Of a stretch of 36,606 nt of DNA, positions 33,044 through 36,606 are shown piece by piece. This DNA is from Bdellovibrio sp. ZAP7 (GTDB lineage: Bacteria > Bdellovibrionota > UBA1018). Below the pieces are notes generated by a model. That model worked only from the letters and a program-made list of their open reading frames with translations. It was not told the origin of the DNA and ran no database searches. The DNA lies in the NCBI GenBank assembly GCA_945865865.1, contig CAMBEX010000002.1, positions 1 through 36,606 on the forward strand. The letters are read 5' to 3'. Positions within the stretch are counted from its first letter, which is position 1, and each line of letters starts with the position of its first letter. The translations under genes were made by a program, and so were the position numbers.

Positions 33044-33966
33044 TCGAACCCCACAAACCGAACCTCTTCTTCAAGCTCGACACCGAGCTGACTCCGAGCC
33101 CGCTCCTTAGCCAGGTCGATGAGTTGCTTGACGTCTTCTGCACGAGCCGATCCTAGATTAATTATGAAATTACTGTGCTTCTCGGCAAACTGCGCGTCAC
33201 CAATCCGGTGGCCACGAAGGCCTACCTGATCCACCACTTGCCATGCATTTAGGCCGCGCTCTCTTGGATTTTTGAACACGCTTCCACAGGACGGATAATC
33301 CACGGGTTGTGTGGCTTTTCTCCGAAACAGGGTCTGATCGATTCGCAACTTGACCTCATCGGGAGAAACCGGATCAATGAACCACTCCGCCGCGGTGACG
33401 ATCGCATCCGCGGGGAGAAAAAAATTTCTTCGGTACTCAAAGCGAAGTTCGTCCCGCTCAAAGCGGATTACTTGGTCTTGTGAAAACACAAATGCCTCCA
33501 CCGCACGCAGTCTGTCCTTGGCCTCACCTAGGTGCGTTCCCGCATTCATAAAAACGGCTCCACCCACGGACCCAGGAACTCCGGTCAAAAACTCCAAACC
33601 GCCCCAGCCCTCTTGCGCGGCCCTACGAAGGAGAGTCGAGATCGCCACGCCGGCTCCCGTTCGGAGCTGGGTCACACCATCGGGCTGCACAGAAATCGAA
33701 AAATCCACCCTACCCGTTTTAATCACGAGACCGTCAAAACCCGAGTCAGAAACCAATAAATTGGATCCAAGGCCCAGCACAAAAGAACGCAAACCCGTTT
33801 GCCGAATCCCTTCCGCAAGAAACTTAAGATCGTCGATGGACTTTGGAATGGCCAGAACCCTTGCCGGCCCTCCAATGCGATAGTAGGTATGGCGCGAAAG
33901 CGGCTCGTCCCAGCGAAGCTCCCCTGAAAATCGCGACAGGTTTTCGTGGAACCAGGAAAGGCTCAT
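33040..33966 (-). CDS. murB: UDP-N-acetylenolpyruvoylglucosamine reductase.
   Basis: The FAD-binding region (TYYRIGGPARVL...LGLGSNLLV) and the C-terminal MurB domain (PSCGSVFKNP) are present. Confidence 0.95.
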   Translation of the reverse strand: MSLSWFHENLSRFSGELRWDEPLSRHTYYRIGGPARVLAIPKSIDDLKFLAEGIRQTGLRSFVLGLGSNLLVSDSGFDGLVIKTGRVDFSISVQPDGVTQLRTGAGVAISTLLRRAAQEGWGGLEFLTGVPGSVGGAVFMNAGTHLGEAKDRLRAVEAFVFSQDQVIRFERDELRFEYRRNFFLPADAIVTAAEWFIDPVSPDEVKLRIDQTLFRRKATQPVDYPSCGSVFKNPRERGLNAWQVVDQVGLRGHRIGDAQFAEKHSNFIINLGSARAEDVKQLIDLAKERARSQLGVELEEEVRFVGFE

Positions 33967-35393
33967 GATTTTTTTGTCGACTCCAGTCGTTCAATCAACT
34001 GCTCTGGAAGGCGGGTAATAGAACCAGCCCCAAAGCAGATCAGCAGCATACCTGAATCAAAGCCCTTGAGCATAAGGTCACGCGCGGCCGAAAGGTCTCC
34101 GGCATAGGTCACCGTCTTTTCGCTCGGAGAAACCGCCCGAATCTGTTCAACCAATGCCGCCGAATTTACCCCGTCTATCGGCTCCTCACCGGCCGCATAA
34201 ATATCGGTCAAAAAAACTTCATCCGCCACGTTGAACGCCGACAGAAAACCATCACGGCAATGCAACGTTCGCGAGTACCGGTGCGGCTGAAAAATCGCTC
34301 TGATTTTTCCGCTCCAAAACTGGCGCGCGGCCGAAAGAGTCGCCGCAATCTCGGTCGGGTGGTGACCGTAGTCGTCGATGATCACGCGTTTGGATTGCTG
34401 ATCCTGCCAGCGAATTTCAAAGCGCCGTTTCACTCCCTTAAACATCTTGAGTCCGGAGGCGATTTTTTCGAACGGCACTCCGAGCTGAAGAGCAATCACT
34501 GCCACGGCCAGAGCATTGAGCACATTGTGCCGGCCAGGCACCGAGAGTTCGACTTTACCCAGGCACTGAGGGTGACCGCCCCCTGGGGCCTTGGATTGCC
34601 TTGCGCAAAACTCGAACACTGTCGTCATGCCCCGAAGCTCAATGGCCTGAGCAAAAAAATCACATTCTTCACTCAGTCCGTAGGTCAGTACCGGCTTGGT
34701 AAATCGGCTCAAGCAGCGCTTGACGCCAGGATCATCTCCACACACGACGGCGACGCCGTAAAACGGCAGCTTTGCGACAAACTCAATAAACGCCTCTTCA
34801 ATTGCCGCTAGGTTTCCGAAGTGGTCCAAATGGTCGTTGTCGATATTGGTGATCACGCCATACGTGGCCGGAAGATGAAGAAACGATCCGTCACTCTCAT
34901 CAGCCTCGGCGACAACAAGGTCTCCCTGACCGAGCTTTGCATTTCCCCCGAGAGAATCCACTTTTCCACCGATGACCAATGTAGGATCGAGGCCAGCGGA
35001 AACCAAAATCGTGGCTAGCATCGAGGTCGTGGTGGTTTTGCCGTGCGTTCCCGCAAGAGCGATCCCGGTTTTTCCACGCATGAGCTCAGCCAGCATTTCG
35101 GCGCGACGAATGACCGGAATTCGCAGACGTTTGGCCTCCATCAGTTCAGGGTTCGTGGATTTCACGGCGGAGGAAACAACCACGACGTGCGCGCTCGAAA
35201 CATTTTCGGCTGAATGTTTGTACTGAATGGAAATACCCAGCTGCGCCAAGCGTCGTGTCGTATCACTCTCCGCCTGGTCTGATCCGCTGACCTGATAGCC
35301 TTGATTGGCAAACACTTCGGCAATTCCGCTCATGCCGATACCGCCGATGCCAACAAAATGAAGGCGCATATCTTTTTTAGGACGACGAATCAT
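33963..35393 (-). CDS. murC: UDP-N-acetylmuramate--L-alanine ligase.
   Basis: HFVGIGGIGMSGIAEVF...GTHGKTTTTSM are the Mur ligase motifs. The start is set at ATG 35393 (AAGGAG 9 nt upstream) and overlaps the murG end by 17 nt. The track's 35510 start is over-extended. Confidence 0.95.
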   Translation of the reverse strand: MIRRPKKDMRLHFVGIGGIGMSGIAEVFANQGYQVSGSDQAESDTTRRLAQLGISIQYKHSAENVSSAHVVVVSSAVKSTNPELMEAKRLRIPVIRRAEMLAELMRGKTGIALAGTHGKTTTTSMLATILVSAGLDPTLVIGGKVDSLGGNAKLGQGDLVVAEADESDGSFLHLPATYGVITNIDNDHLDHFGNLAAIEEAFIEFVAKLPFYGVAVVCGDDPGVKRCLSRFTKPVLTYGLSEECDFFAQAIELRGMTTVFEFCARQSKAPGGGHPQCLGKVELSVPGRHNVLNALAVAVIALQLGVPFEKIASGLKMFKGVKRRFEIRWQDQQSKRVIIDDYGHHPTEIAATLSAARQFWSGKIRAIFQPHRYSRTLHCRDGFLSAFNVADEVFLTDIYAAGEEPIDGVNSAALVEQIRAVSPSEKTVTYAGDLSAARDLMLKGFDSGMLLICFGAGSITRLPEQLIERLESTKKS

Positions 35394-36498
35394 GGGTGGA
35401 TGCTCCTTGAGTAATTCCGCTAACCACCGCCTCTGCGGCCGCAGGATGATGAAACGCCGCAACCGCCGCTTCCATTCTGGAAATCTGAGAATGGTCTGCC
35501 ATAAGCTCACAAATCAAGCGCGCCAAATCTTCTCCGGTCGAACGCTTCTGAAAAAGGACTCGGGCCGCGCCCCGGTCACTAAAAACTTGGGCGTTCGCCT
35601 CCTGGTGCCGATCGGCCGAAACCAGTGGAATCAGGATGGCCGCACGACGGACTGCTGCAATCTCTGATAATGTTGATGAACCCGCTCGGCAAATCAACAA
35701 GGACGCCTGCGAATACACTTCAGGCATCTCATAAATGAATTTCTCAACTCTGGCGCCGGACTCCGCGCGCGCGTGGCCCTCACGAACTCGATCAAAATCA
35801 CGTTCCCCAGTCTGGTGAATAAACCGAATCTGCGTGGAAAGACCCCTCAGGTGAGGGAGAGCGTCGAGCACCAACGTGTTGATTCCCATGGCTCCCTGGC
35901 TGCCGCCAAAAACAAAAATGGTAAACGGATCTCTTGGCGCGGGAGCCATAGGCTTCATCGAAGTGCGAATTGGATTACCTGTCACGAGTACCGGAGTGGA
36001 TCCAAAATATTTCCGGGTTTCTGGAAATGCAGCCAGAATCTGATGCGAAAATCTTCCCAGAATCCGATTAGTCATTCCGGGCATGACGTTTTGCTCAAGG
36101 ACGGCGATTTTCACGCCCCAAAGCCAGCCCACCCAACGGGCCGTCATCACCATCGGACCCGAAGCGTAGCCCCCCACTCCCAAAACCACTGCGGGACGAA
36201 ATTTCAATAAAAGCACCAAGGACTTCGCAAAAGCGAATGGCAGTTTCAAAAAAGTTCTCACTTGGCGCACCAGTCCCACGCCATTGAGGGAGCCTACTGA
36301 CAAAAGTTCGAGCGCAAATCCTGCCTTGGGGACCAGTCGCTCCTCCAAGCCTCCGCGCGCGCCAATAAAAAGTATTTTGGATTTCGGATAGCGCCTTTTC
36401 CACTCTTCAGCGACCGAAACACCCGCCCAAATGTGGCCGCCGGTCGCGCCGCCGGCTAAAAACAAATCCGGTCCCTTCGACTGCACCTGCTCGCTCAT
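35377..36498 (-). CDS. murG: Undecaprenyldiphospho-muramoylpentapeptide beta-N-acetylglucosaminyltransferase.
   Basis: The product begins [15 protein letters not shown]... and has the GT28 architecture. An ATGA overlap links it to the upstream SEDS gene. Confidence 0.95.
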   Translation of the reverse strand: MSEQVQSKGPDLFLAGGATGGHIWAGVSVAEEWKRRYPKSKILFIGARGGLEERLVPKAGFALELLSVGSLNGVGLVRQVRTFLKLPFAFAKSLVLLLKFRPAVVLGVGGYASGPMVMTARWVGWLWGVKIAVLEQNVMPGMTNRILGRFSHQILAAFPETRKYFGSTPVLVTGNPIRTSMKPMAPAPRDPFTIFVFGGSQGAMGINTLVLDALPHLRGLSTQIRFIHQTGERDFDRVREGHARAESGARVEKFIYEMPEVYSQASLLICRAGSSTLSEIAAVRRAAILIPLVSADRHQEANAQVFSDRGAARVLFQKRSTGEDLARLICELMADHSQISRMEAAVAAFHHPAAAEAVVSGITQGASTHDSSS

Positions 36499-36606
36499 GC
36501 CAACCGCCTTGGGCCTCGACCGACACTTAATAAGACCCCGACAGCAAACAAATCAACCAGAAGCGCAGAGCCCCCATAGCTAATGAAGGGCAGCGTGAGG
36601 CCTTTG
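36495..36606 (-). CDS. ftsW: SEDS-family peptidoglycan polymerase FtsW, C-terminal 36 codons only.
   Basis: The minus frame reads [36 protein letters not shown]. This is the conserved FtsW/RodA C-terminus. Its position upstream of murG supports ftsW. Confidence 0.85.
   Translation of the reverse strand, partial: KGLTLPFISYGGSALLVDLFAVGVLLSVGRGPRRLA

Noticed and set aside
1-36606. CRISPR arrays, rRNA genes, transposases/IS elements, integrases, reverse transcriptases (retron/DGR).
   Set aside because: I recognised none on either strand. The only RNA gene supported is tRNA-Pro.

Overview
This 36.6-kb chromosomal window is almost fully coding and mostly housekeeping.

**Minus strand**
- A split dcw cluster: ftsW' (partial)-murG-murC-murB-SDR, then ftsQ-ftsA-ftsZ.
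- A secreted S8 protease.
- ogt.
- rho-rpmE-prfA-prmC-murA.
- A serine-palmitoyltransferase-like alpha-oxoamine synthase coupled to a GNAT-like gene, followed by ruvC-ruvA-ruvB.
- lpxC and tRNA-Pro(GGG).

**Plus strand**
- mltG.
- A translationally coupled dnaX-recR-mglA-dksA-like chain.
- A second dksA-like paralog behind a sigma-54-type promoter.
- Two M16 peptidases inserted inside the dcw cluster.

The gene content (MglA with no adjacent MglB, an SPT-like enzyme, secreted proteases) suggests a Bdellovibrio-like or myxobacteria-like lineage. This is inference only.

**Accessory left end (1-5.2 kb)**
- (i) A CarH/LitR-like MerR + B12-binding regulator. It is divergent from a YfcH-SRPBCC fusion gene across a perfect 16-bp inverted repeat, and it is coupled to an uncharacterised 173-aa protein.
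- (ii) A compact three-gene unit abutting the 3' end of tRNA-Pro. It encodes a Gp49/HigB-like toxin, an XRE antitoxin, and a 479-aa protein with five zinc-ribbon repeats around a PD-(D/E)XK-like core. It starts from an apparently leaderless promoter. This is my best candidate for an undescribed TA-linked nuclease, possibly a defence or addiction module.

**Other points**
- FtsZ carries a roughly 200-aa Asn/Gly/Ser-rich linker.
- ddl and ybaB are absent from their usual positions.
- I recognised no rRNA, CRISPR array, transposase or integrase.
- Start codons were re-picked where the longest ORF was clearly over-extended.
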